Positions 1 to 8,497 of a stretch of 64,000 nucleotides of DNA are shown piece after piece. The notes below the pieces were generated by a model. The model was given only the letters and a program-made list of their open reading frames with translations. It was not told the DNA's origin and ran no database searches. The position numbers and the translations under genes were made by a program. Position 1 is the first letter of the stretch, and each line of letters starts with the position of its first letter. Origin of the DNA: an uncultured Pelosinus sp. (lineage in GTDB: Bacteria; Bacillota; Negativicutes; DSM-13327); contig CAUROG010000007.1 of NCBI GenBank assembly GCA_963526645.1, positions 63,607 to 127,606 on the forward strand, in the 5' to 3' direction.

Positions 1-9
1 TGAAATGGA

Positions 10-924
10 TTGGGTATAAGAATAAAAGAAATTTCATTTAAAACCTTTGGAAAGTGTATAGAACTATCTAATGGCAGCATCGATGTAGTCATAACCACAG
101 AGTGTGGTCCTAGAGTGATCCGTGTGGGGTTTATAGGACAGGAAAATGAATTTTGTGATGATAGCCTAGTTTCTAATAGGACGTATGATAATGAAGAGTG
201 GAAGATGAGAGGAGGACATCGATTATGGCACAGTCCTGAGCACTTCCCACGTACTTATATTGCAGATAATGATCCGGTAGAATGGCAGAGTATTGAGAAT
301 GGCGTTATACTTACGCAGAGGAGTGAGCCTTGGGCGCAAATCCAAAAATCCATGCAAATCACATTGGCAGCCGAAGAGAATAAGGTAAAGATACGACATA
401 ATATAATTAATAAAAATGCCTGGGCGGTTGAATTATCGGCTTGGGCTATTAGTGTCATGGCACCAGGGGGAAAAGAAATAGTACCTCAGACAATACGTGA
501 TACCGGACTATTGGGTAACCGGGTGATTGCCTTATGGCCATATGCTAAAATGAATGATCCCAGAGTTTACTGGGGAGACAAATATATAACGGTTAAGCAG
601 GATTCAGCTGCAAAACAAGCTTTCAAATTTGGTATCTCCAACGAAGATGGTTGGGTAGCTTACTTGAATCATGGCAATGCATTTATCAAGAAATATACTC
701 ATGTCATTGGAGCCAAATACCCAGACTTTGGGGTCTCCTATGAGACGTATACGAACGATTTTATGCTGGAATTAGAATCCCTGTCGCCTCTGACTCGCTT
801 AGAGCCAGAAGCTACCTTATCCCATGAGGAAGAGTGGGAGCTCGTTCAAGGAGTGCCTATGCCTGACAATGATGAAGTGAGTATTGATGATATTGTGAGA
901 CAATATCTAAAAAAAGCGAAGTAA
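10..924 (+). CDS. Conserved hypothetical protein, galactose mutarotase-like (DUF4380-like)
   Basis: 304 aa ORF with RGGHRLWHSPE motif and a C-terminal LELESLSP..HEEEW segment; TTG start uncertain at the window edge. Confidence 0.55.
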   Translation: MGIRIKEISFKTFGKCIELSNGSIDVVITTECGPRVIRVGFIGQENEFCDDSLVSNRTYDNEEWKMRGGHRLWHSPEHFPRTYIADNDPVEWQSIENGVILTQRSEPWAQIQKSMQITLAAEENKVKIRHNIINKNAWAVELSAWAISVMAPGGKEIVPQTIRDTGLLGNRVIALWPYAKMNDPRVYWGDKYITVKQDSAAKQAFKFGISNEDGWVAYLNHGNAFIKKYTHVIGAKYPDFGVSYETYTNDFMLELESLSPLTRLEPEATLSHEEEWELVQGVPMPDNDEVSIDDIVRQYLKKAK

Positions 925-960
925 ATATAAACTTTATCAGTGATAGTAGGGATCTAAAAA

Positions 961-1010
961 TAATAAGGAGCTCTAGTAAGGTTGATCAACCCTACTAGAG
1001 CTCCTTATTA
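961..1010. terminator. Bidirectional intrinsic terminator
   Basis: Inverted repeat TAATAAGGAGCTCTAGTA...TACTAGAGCTCCTTATTA between convergent genes. Confidence 0.85.
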
Positions 1011-1030
1011 TCTTTCACTACTTATCACAC

Positions 1031-2614
1031 TCATCGCAGGATCTTTTCAAGCAGTTTATTCGTCACCGTTTGCTTTAGTTCTCCCTTGGAAACTGGAATG
1101 TCCTGCTGTTTTAGTCTTTCTAAGGCTTCCTGGCTAAGTTGTTCGGGGTAGAGGGTCCCGTAAGCGGTTTGAACGGCAATTGCAGAAATATCCGTAGCAG
1201 TTCCTTTTTTTACAAATAAACCGGTCATCTTTTGGAATGCAATTCCGTAGGTTTTTCCATCGTGGATGGAGAAGTTTCCTCTTGTAACTGCCGATTCTCC
1301 CTTGCCGCTGACGTGACTGTTAAAAGCAAGGGGGCCTTGGACATCTTTATCTGTCAGGCGAGAACTATTAAGATTCTGTCCACTTACGTCTAGCTCATAG
1401 CTCTGATCATCTGGCACGACTGACCCGTTAGCTGCTAATGTTCCTTGATATGCTGTACCCTGTACCTGTTGTAATAGTACCTTGTTGTCAGCATAACGAA
1501 AGTTGCCCGTTACGCTATCGACATTCATATCACTAAAACTGATTTGAGCAAGACTAAAATTCCCTCCAATATTTGGTTGAGAAATTGGTCCGGAAATTTG
1601 CACTTGTAGTGCCAATGGTCGTGCAATCGTTATTCCTGATATAAAAGCCGCTGGATCAGCGTCAGGTAACGCGAAAGTAAAATCAAGCATGCCCTGGCCT
1701 GTGTTCCAAGAAATATTTCCATGACCTTGGGCTGGCTGGCCGGAAATTAATAGTTTCAAATCCTCTAAGACGATCCTGGTCCCTTCAGTGCTAAACTTCC
1801 CCTGTCCTTCTTCTACTTTCATCTTCCCATTTATTGTGACACCGGAAAAACTTCCTTCAGCTTGGTAATGAAGCGTTCCTTTGGTATCTTGTTGCACATT
1901 AATCAATAGTTGGTGCACTGTGCCCCCTTCTAAAGAATATTCTGTCCCAGTAAAAAGCTCGTTAAATTTGACTATATTAAGAGCGTCGATTTGAACTTTG
2001 AAGTCACCTGAGAGGTTTTCTCCCCATTGTCCGTTTACATTCACAGTGCCCTGATCAGCCTTACCTTTGATATTGATGGTCATATTCGGGTTATTTTTCC
2101 AGTCAATGACACCCGTTGCATTTTCTAATACCTGGGAAAACAAGGCGGTGTCAATATGTATTTTCCCGTCTTCCAGCTCGACTTTACTGCGAAATGTAGC
2201 TGTTTCATTCTGATCATTCTTGAGTAAGTCATCCCAGTTGAAATGCTTACTCTCCTGTTTGAACCAAAGTTCGCCTCGCTCTAAGATCACCGTTTCAATT
2301 TGTGGCATACCGAGACTCCCACCCGTCAAATCAGACCAACGATATTTCATTTTGATTACCGGGATTTGAGCCAAGAGTGATCCTTGTTGATCATACAGGG
2401 ACACGTCCTGGATTCTAATATGGCCGAATAATGACAAGTTGACCGTTCCTACTGACAATTGTCCATTAATCTGCTGGCTGATTCGCCCGATGAGTGTATC
2501 TTGTACATCTTGCCTAATTTTATCGGCAAACACTTGCCAGAGAACAACCAGCACGCAAATCATACTCAGTAAAATCAATACGACTCGCCTATGCTTTAGT
2601 AACCATTCTTTCAT
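1031..2614 (-). CDS. AsmA/TamB-like envelope-bridging protein
   Basis: 527 aa; single N-terminal TM anchor followed by a repetitive Gly/Asn-rich beta-strand body; GGAGG RBS upstream. Confidence 0.65.
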   Translation of the reverse strand: MKEWLLKHRRVVLILLSMICVLVVLWQVFADKIRQDVQDTLIGRISQQINGQLSVGTVNLSLFGHIRIQDVSLYDQQGSLLAQIPVIKMKYRWSDLTGGSLGMPQIETVILERGELWFKQESKHFNWDDLLKNDQNETATFRSKVELEDGKIHIDTALFSQVLENATGVIDWKNNPNMTINIKGKADQGTVNVNGQWGENLSGDFKVQIDALNIVKFNELFTGTEYSLEGGTVHQLLINVQQDTKGTLHYQAEGSFSGVTINGKMKVEEGQGKFSTEGTRIVLEDLKLLISGQPAQGHGNISWNTGQGMLDFTFALPDADPAAFISGITIARPLALQVQISGPISQPNIGGNFSLAQISFSDMNVDSVTGNFRYADNKVLLQQVQGTAYQGTLAANGSVVPDDQSYELDVSGQNLNSSRLTDKDVQGPLAFNSHVSGKGESAVTRGNFSIHDGKTYGIAFQKMTGLFVKKGTATDISAIAVQTAYGTLYPEQLSQEALERLKQQDIPVSKGELKQTVTNKLLEKILR

Positions 2615-2887
2615 TTGCCCTCCTTCGGCGTTGATGTTGCCTGTTTGATGATATATTGTATTTAATTTCGTGTCTCTTTGCTAGAAATCCTCTTTGCTCC
2701 TAAGCACTAAAGGGCAAGATACAGAGGGAATTTGAAGAACGTGGAAAAATCAAGATATTTAAAAATAACAAGAAAAACGATAAATATAAGGAAATACAGG
2801 CTGTAGACGATATGGCAGAGGCCAGTCATCAAACAAATGAATATCCTCTAATTTCCTGCACAAAAATTAGTCTGGTGTATGCAGGTG

Positions 2888-2931
2888 AAAAAAATAAGCG
2901 AGGAAAATGATGTAACTATTTTCCTCGCTTA
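2888..2931 (-). terminator. Intrinsic terminator of the CI-like gene
   Basis: TAAGCGAGGAAAAT/ATTTTCCTCGCTTA stem with a T7 tract on the minus strand. Confidence 0.8.
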
Positions 2932-2943
2932 ATCCATATGTAC

Positions 2944-3642
2944 TTAATGATTCCTAAATGTCTTTTTTAAGATACCAAAAATGTTAACAAATTTTGCATG
3001 AACTTTTTTTCTAGGATATTTGTTATTGGCAGGTACTAGTTCTAAATACTGTTCATCAACCCTATAGACATATTTCAAAGTTGCGTATAAGTCAGGAGCA
3101 TCTCCTGTGATTCCAACAGCGCAAATTTGTCCATTATCAAAGGTGCGTTGTTTCTGTATCAGCGCTAGGTCACCATCAAAAATTTTGGCACCTTCCATAC
3201 TGTCGCCTTCCACACGCAAAATAAAAAAGTTGCTAGGGTCGCCATTTAACCATTTACTCGGTAGGTCCTCATAATATTCAATGGACTCGCGTACTAAGCA
3301 GGGGGTACCAGCAGGGATATGTCCTAAGACGGGAATGGAATAAATCGATGAAACTTCTACTGCATTTACGGGTAAGGCAATTTTTTTATCAGCATTATAA
3401 TGAATAGGAATATAACCAGATTGCATCATTAAATCTTCAAAAGTGCAGTTGAGATATGGTGCCAGCTTCTCTAGAGTTTGTGGGTTTGCTTTTTGCTCTC
3501 CCGATTCCATTCTAGATATTGTAGTATTGCTTACGCCTGAATGCAAAGAAAGCTGTCGTTGACTTTTATAACCACTATCTTCTCTCATTTTTGAAAACCA
3601 TAATCCAAATTTCTTTAATTGTTTCTCAACATGATCCATCAT
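2944..3642 (-). CDS. CI/LexA-like repressor: XRE helix-turn-helix plus S24 autopeptidase
   Basis: HTH (SQRQLSLHSGVSNTTISRMESG); Ala-Gly cleavage site in IPVLGHIPAGTP; catalytic Ser in VEGDSM and Lys in ATLK; start moved to ATG 3642 behind a GAGGTG RBS (232 aa). Confidence 0.9.
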   Translation of the reverse strand: MMDHVEKQLKKFGLWFSKMREDSGYKSQRQLSLHSGVSNTTISRMESGEQKANPQTLEKLAPYLNCTFEDLMMQSGYIPIHYNADKKIALPVNAVEVSSIYSIPVLGHIPAGTPCLVRESIEYYEDLPSKWLNGDPSNFFILRVEGDSMEGAKIFDGDLALIQKQRTFDNGQICAVGITGDAPDLYATLKYVYRVDEQYLELVPANNKYPRKKVHAKFVNIFGILKKTFRNH

Positions 3643-3674
3643 TGAAAGCACCTCTTGCTTAGTATAAACTCTTT

Positions 3675-3788
3675 TGTTTCGTGTACGCAATGAGAAAAAT
3701 GTTGCGATGACGAAATGTTTTTTTGGGGAAAAATAAATGTTGCGCCATCGATGAGGTGGTGATATTATAGTGTTGCGGTAGCGATACA
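3675..3788. promoter_or_regulatory. Divergent control region with four operator boxes and a sigmaA promoter for the cro-like gene
   Basis: TGTTKCG-N4-CG boxes at 3675, 3700, 3738, 3771; -35 TTGCGC (3740), 17 bp spacer, extended -10 TGA-TATTAT (3763). Confidence 0.75.
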
Positions 3789-3806
3789 AAAAAGGAGGTG
3801 GAAACT

Positions 3807-4049
3807 TTGAAAAAAAGAAAAGACTTAACCGTGAAGCTCAATATAAAGGCATTTGAAGAAAATCAAAATAAATACCAGTTAAAGGAAGCAGGAAAATGTG
3901 CTGAAAGAATGGAGATTAGCCCTTCTCAACTCTGGAAAGTGAAAATGGGTATGCATGATCCAGGTAAGGAATTTATTGCTGGTGCATTAAAAGCGTTCCC
4001 AAATACTTCGTTTGACGAATTATTTTTTTTGCCTGGAGTGTCACGATAA
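3807..4049 (+). CDS. Small Cro-like HTH protein
   Basis: 80 aa; CAERMEISPSQLWKVKMG HTH and C-terminal FDELFF typical of Cro/XRE proteins; AGGAGGTG RBS before TTG 3807. Confidence 0.8.
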   Translation: MKKRKDLTVKLNIKAFEENQNKYQLKEAGKCAERMEISPSQLWKVKMGMHDPGKEFIAGALKAFPNTSFDELFFLPGVSR

Positions 4050-4096
4050 CGAGACAAATTCCCCGGTATAAATCCATATAAGGAGGTGGTAGAGAT

Positions 4097-4699
4097 TTGA
4101 TTGTTTCTTTAACTACGGAGCAAACACGGGAGATGTTTCTTTATGTTGCCAAGCAAATGGTTGAAAATCAATCCTTGTTAACACAATTAGAGAACAATAG
4201 GGGTGGTGGAACCTATGGTATAGAGATGGCAATTGGCTTTGGTGCTGTCTTAGACAAATTATCGGAGCAAAAACCTCTCCATATTAATGATATTTTCAAA
4301 AATAGTGGGATAACTATGCTTACTGCTACAGAAGGATTTTCAGGAGTCATATTTGGGACTCTATTTTTGGGCGGCGTGATAGGTATGCCCATTCTCAAGG
4401 AGTTAAGCGTAAAACAATTGGCTGCTATTTTTGCGAAATCCCTGCAGGCTGTTAAGGCCCGGGGGGGAGTAAAAGTAGGTGGCAAAACAGTAATTGATAC
4501 TTTTGAACCAGCTGTAGTTGCTTTTGGTTACAGTGTCATTGAAGGTGATACTTTTCTGCAAGCATTGCGAGTAGCTGAGTTTGGAGCACAAGAAGGTATG
4601 GCTGGCTGTGCCTTTCAAGATCCCGGAGCTACTTCTGTGTGGTTACTTTTTAAGGCTATGAGAGAATGGGTTGCATCATTGGAAAGTAGGACAATATAA
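4097..4699 (+). CDS. DAK2/DhaL-domain protein with degenerate motifs
   Basis: GFSGVIFGTLF, RGGVKVGGKTVID and QDPGATS motifs of dihydroxyacetone kinase subunit L; AGGAGG RBS. Confidence 0.8.
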   Translation: MIVSLTTEQTREMFLYVAKQMVENQSLLTQLENNRGGGTYGIEMAIGFGAVLDKLSEQKPLHINDIFKNSGITMLTATEGFSGVIFGTLFLGGVIGMPILKELSVKQLAAIFAKSLQAVKARGGVKVGGKTVIDTFEPAVVAFGYSVIEGDTFLQALRVAEFGAQEGMAGCAFQDPGATSVWLLFKAMREWVASLESRTI

Positions 4700-4720
4700 A
4701 AATGAAAAACAGTATAAGTT

Positions 4721-4748
4721 AACCCTCGCATATTCTGCGAGGGTTTTT
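4721..4748 (+). terminator. Intrinsic terminator
   Basis: AACCCTCGCA-TATTC-TGCGAGGGTT followed by Ts. Confidence 0.8.
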
Positions 4749-4769
4749 GCGTACAACTTCTTAGAGATA

Positions 4770-5276
4770 TTATTGTACTGTTACCCAAAGGTCATTGGCC
4801 CTTTCGGTCTCTGTGGTATTAGGGATGATGGTAAGCTTACCTTTACCTTGTTTTATAGCTGTAAATATAACTTTACTGCTGTCAGCTCCACCCGTTTCTT
4901 GTTTCAAAACATCGCCAAAAAAATGTTCGCCTGAAGACGTGAAACGTGTATTTCTTGTAAGGCCTGGTGCTGGTTCAAGGATTAATCGTTGTCCTACTTT
5001 TAACATAATATTATTAGCTGAGAGCTGCACTTTATCTTTATCACTATAATTGTATATGACTTTAACATCCTGCAGATCATTTCCTGGCGGTTTGGTAGGA
5101 ATCGAGGGGGTTGTTGGGGTTGCTGGATTTGTAGGTGTTGATGGTGTTGATGGAGTTGTTGGGGGCGACTGAGGCTCAACTGGGTTAACATTTGTACATC
5201 CGCCCAGAAGAAGCGTTACGAAAAGCAGTAAGCCAATGAAAACGATAATTCTTTTTTGATGGTGCATGTTTTTCAT
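4770..5276 (-). CDS. Lipoprotein with Pro/Thr-rich linker
   Basis: Lipobox LLGGC; PTTPSTPSTPTNPATPTTP linker; small beta-rich C-terminal domain. Confidence 0.8.
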   Translation of the reverse strand: MKNMHHQKRIIVFIGLLLFVTLLLGGCTNVNPVEPQSPPTTPSTPSTPTNPATPTTPSIPTKPPGNDLQDVKVIYNYSDKDKVQLSANNIMLKVGQRLILEPAPGLTRNTRFTSSGEHFFGDVLKQETGGADSSKVIFTAIKQGKGKLTIIPNTTETERANDLWVTVQ

Positions 5277-5760
5277 AAGAACCTCCTATTGTCATTAACA
5301 ATTCATCCTCAAAAAGGTAGTGAAAAGATTCTATATTCCTTAATATATAGATTTTCCTTTTGGCGGTATATTATGCATTTAATTAGGAATACCAATATTC
5401 TAAAAAATGTGAAATGTATGGATGTAAGATCATCATTTCGTTTACGAAATGATTGTTTAAAGTTTTGTTTAACTTATGTATTAAGTAAGCAGGGGATTGG
5501 AAATAGAGGAAGAATGTATAAGAGATATGGGTATAATATGAAATATATTAGGCAAGATTATTCCATAAACACCTAATATGGTGGCTTGCCTGTGAGTCGG
5601 CGTATAGCCGTTTTTTAGAAAATCAGAGAGTATATGACTTTTCATTTTACATAAGCGCAACTAAGGCCTGCACAACTAACTAAGAGATTGCTTCACCTTC
5701 CTTTACAAAAATAAAAAACGCGTGAGCGTTTTTTTATTATTGTAAAGGAGGAGGAAGATT

Positions 5761-5871
5761 ATGGTGCGATTTAGTGTGAAAGGCACCACCTGGATTACAG
5801 ATGACTTTATTCGATGTGCTAGTCTGCATGGTGATGGTTCAATTGAAAATATCCAGAAGGAACAATGTTAA
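5761..5871 (+). CDS. Candidate 36 aa small protein (not in ORF track)
   Basis: AAGGAGGAGG RBS, ATG, MVRFSVKGTTWITDDFIRCASLHGDGSIENIQKEQC, TAA. Confidence 0.45.
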   Translation: MVRFSVKGTTWITDDFIRCASLHGDGSIENIQKEQC

Positions 5872-6324
5872 TGCTCCTATGTAATATGAAGTTGAGGAAT
5901 TTATTCATTTAATAAAAAATAATAAAATGGAATCAAGTATCAATTCCTTGCAGCTATCATTAGATATAATGGAATTTATTGATGATTGCAGAATGCAAAT
6001 AGGCCTTAGATTTCCAGCTGATGCGTAAGAAGTTAGGCTAGTTAGACTGGAAAAAGTGAGGTAATATGTAGCTAAATCGTTGCTGGAATGAACGGGAAAT
6101 TTTAAAAGACATTGGTATTTTACATAGAGGTTGCCTTTACAGTTTTACATATTTCATATATATTATCTTTTATACCCTTGTGTAATTACATACAATTATA
6201 GGAAGAGTATTTTATACTTCGGTCTGTAGTGTGTACGCTTCAGGTCTTTATTTGGGCTTCTGGGTACAATATTGTGGCTCATATAAGGAGTATATAGTAT
6301 GATAGAAGAGAATGATGGAGGTGA

Positions 6325-6516
6325 ATGACATTGGCTATTAAGACAATAGGAAAACATTGTAAAGGCTGTGGAATTTGTGTTACTTTCTGTCCTAAACAAG
6401 TACTAGGCTTAGATGCTCTTGGAAAAATTACTATTTTAGATGAAACAAAATGTATTACCTGTAAGCAATGTGAAATGCGTTGTCCTGATTATGCAATATT
6501 TGTAGAAAAAAAATAG
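6325..6516 (+). CDS. korD: 2-oxoacid:ferredoxin oxidoreductase delta subunit (2x[4Fe-4S])
   Basis: CKGCGICVTFCP and CITCKQCEMRCP motifs; first gene of the operon. Confidence 0.85.
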   Translation: MTLAIKTIGKHCKGCGICVTFCPKQVLGLDALGKITILDETKCITCKQCEMRCPDYAIFVEKK

Positions 6517-6531
6517 AGGAGTGATTTAATA

Positions 6532-7659
6532 GTGGGAAAAGTACTGCTCTTGCAAGGAAATCAAGCATGCGCTGAAGGTGCGATAGCTGCAGGCGTTACG
6601 TTTTTTGCAGGTTATCCGATTACACCATCAACGGAAATTGCTGAAATAATGGCAAAACGTCTACCAGAAGTTGGTGGCAAATTTATTCAAATGGAAGATG
6701 AGATTGCAGGTATTGGAGCTATCATTGGTGCTTCTCTAACTGGTAAAAAAGTATTGACTGCCACAAGTGGTCCTGGCTTTTCTTTAAAACAAGAATTTAT
6801 TGGGTATGCAACCATTGCAGAAGTGCCTCTTGTTATAGCCAATGTGCAACGGGTGGGTCCTAGTACAGGACAACCGACATCTCCTGCACAAGGGGATATG
6901 ATGCAAGCAAGATGGGGAACTCATGGTGATCATCCTGTGATTGCTTTGACGCCAGCAAGTGTACCTGAGTGTTTTACACTAACCATTAAGGCTTATGAAT
7001 TATCTGAGAAATATCGCATGCCAGTTCTCTTGATGCTCGATGAGATTATCGGACATATGCGTGAGAAAATAGAAGTTCCTGATTATGATACGATTACGAA
7101 ACCAGTTCGCAAAGGTCCAAAAGTAGGACCTAGCGAGTTTAAAGCTTACCAGCCGGATAGTGATGGAGTACCGCCTATGGCTGATTTTGGTACAGGCTAT
7201 CGCTATCATGTAACAGGCCTAGTTCATGATGAAACAGGTTTTCCAAATGGGTCACCTGCAGCAACAGAATCCTTAATTAAAAGACTGCATGATAAAGTAG
7301 ATCGTCATATCGATGAAATTACCATGTATGAAGAATATAATCTGGATGATGCAGAAATTGCCATTGTAACCTATGGCGGAACCGCGCGTTCAGCTTATGC
7401 AGCCATTGATATGGCTCGTGAGCAAGGCATTAAAGTAGGTATGTTCCGATTAATTTCCGTATGGCCTTTCCCTGAAAAAGAGATTGCTAAACTGGCTGAA
7501 AAAGTCAAAGTGATTGTTGTTCCAGAACTTAATTATGGTCAGATGGTGGGTGAAGTCAAGAAAGCCGTGGAAGGAAAGGTTCCAGTAAAACCCATGTCTA
7601 AATATGACTCCGAGCCAATCTCACCAAAAGAATTACTAGAATTTGTGAAAAATCTTTAA
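6532..7659 (+). CDS. korA: 2-oxoacid:ferredoxin oxidoreductase alpha subunit
   Basis: YPITPSTE, QMEDE and TATSGPG motifs. Confidence 0.92.
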   Translation: MGKVLLLQGNQACAEGAIAAGVTFFAGYPITPSTEIAEIMAKRLPEVGGKFIQMEDEIAGIGAIIGASLTGKKVLTATSGPGFSLKQEFIGYATIAEVPLVIANVQRVGPSTGQPTSPAQGDMMQARWGTHGDHPVIALTPASVPECFTLTIKAYELSEKYRMPVLLMLDEIIGHMREKIEVPDYDTITKPVRKGPKVGPSEFKAYQPDSDGVPPMADFGTGYRYHVTGLVHDETGFPNGSPAATESLIKRLHDKVDRHIDEITMYEEYNLDDAEIAIVTYGGTARSAYAAIDMAREQGIKVGMFRLISVWPFPEKEIAKLAEKVKVIVVPELNYGQMVGEVKKAVEGKVPVKPMSKYDSEPISPKELLEFVKNL

Positions 7660-7677
7660 TTTAGGGAGGTACAATAG

Positions 7678-8496
7678 ATGGAAAAATTAATTGAAAAATA
7701 TTATCGTCCTCGCCTGCCCCATATTTGGTGTCCAGGATGTGGCAATGGTATTGTTACTAGTTCGATTGTAAAGGCCATTGATAAACTAGGTCTTGATCAA
7801 GATAAAATCGTAATTGTATCCGGTATCGGCTGTTCCTCAAGAGCATCAGGTTATCTTAATTTTGATACGGTTCATTCTCTTCATGGTCGTGCTTTGCCTG
7901 TGGCTACAGGTATTAAATTAGCTGATCCTGATCTGAATGTTATTGTTATTACTGGTGACGGAGATGGTACTGCCATTGGCGGCAACCACTTTATTCATGC
8001 CGCTCGTCGTAATATCAATCTAACTGTTATTTTATTTAATAATAATATATATGGAATGACAGGTGGCCAATTTTCACCTCTAACTCCTACGGATAGTAAG
8101 GCAACAACAGCTCCTTATGGCACATTAGAGCGTGCTTTTGATATTGCTGAATTAGCCAAAGCGGCTGGCGCTACCTATGTAGCACGAGGCACAGCCTTCC
8201 AAAGCAAAATGCTGGTAGATGTGATTGCCGAAGGTATTAGCCATGATGGTTTTTCCTTGGTAGAAGCAGTGACTCAATGCCCAATTTACTTTGGCCGTCA
8301 AAATAAAAAGGGCGATGCTTCTGCAATGATGAAAACACAGCGTGATAATGCTGTTACCATTGAAGCTGCCAAAAGAATGACTCCAGAGCAACTGGAAGGA
8401 AAGTTTACTATTGGCGTATTGCATAAAAGCGAGGCTCCAGAATATACAAAACAATATCAAGGCGTAATCGAAAGAGCGCAGAAAGGAGCTAAATAA
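7678..8496 (+). CDS. korB: 2-oxoacid:ferredoxin oxidoreductase beta subunit
   Basis: WCPGCG, GIGCS, and GDGD...NN TPP-binding motif. Confidence 0.92.
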   Translation: MEKLIEKYYRPRLPHIWCPGCGNGIVTSSIVKAIDKLGLDQDKIVIVSGIGCSSRASGYLNFDTVHSLHGRALPVATGIKLADPDLNVIVITGDGDGTAIGGNHFIHAARRNINLTVILFNNNIYGMTGGQFSPLTPTDSKATTAPYGTLERAFDIAELAKAAGATYVARGTAFQSKMLVDVIAEGISHDGFSLVEAVTQCPIYFGRQNKKGDASAMMKTQRDNAVTIEAAKRMTPEQLEGKFTIGVLHKSEAPEYTKQYQGVIERAQKGAK

Positions 8497-8497
8497 T

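Noticed and set aside
2944..3642. Calling the gene lexA
   Set aside because: The N-terminus is an XRE HTH, not the LexA winged helix, and no GAAC-N4-GTTC boxes lie upstream
3643..3789. N-terminal 49 aa extension of the repressor in the ORF track
   Set aside because: It runs through the operator/promoter region; a good RBS precedes ATG 3642
2944..4699. Intact prophage or ICE
   Set aside because: No integrase, replication, structural or conjugation genes and no att repeats; only the switch is present
5256..5576. 106 aa ORF in the AT-rich region
   Set aside because: It overlaps the lipoprotein start and promoter on the other strand, has no RBS and no recognisable motif
5880..6170. Possible riboswitch upstream of korD (TTCCAG/CTGGAA stems)
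   Set aside because: No recognisable aptamer consensus or expression platform; an Rfam scan would be needed
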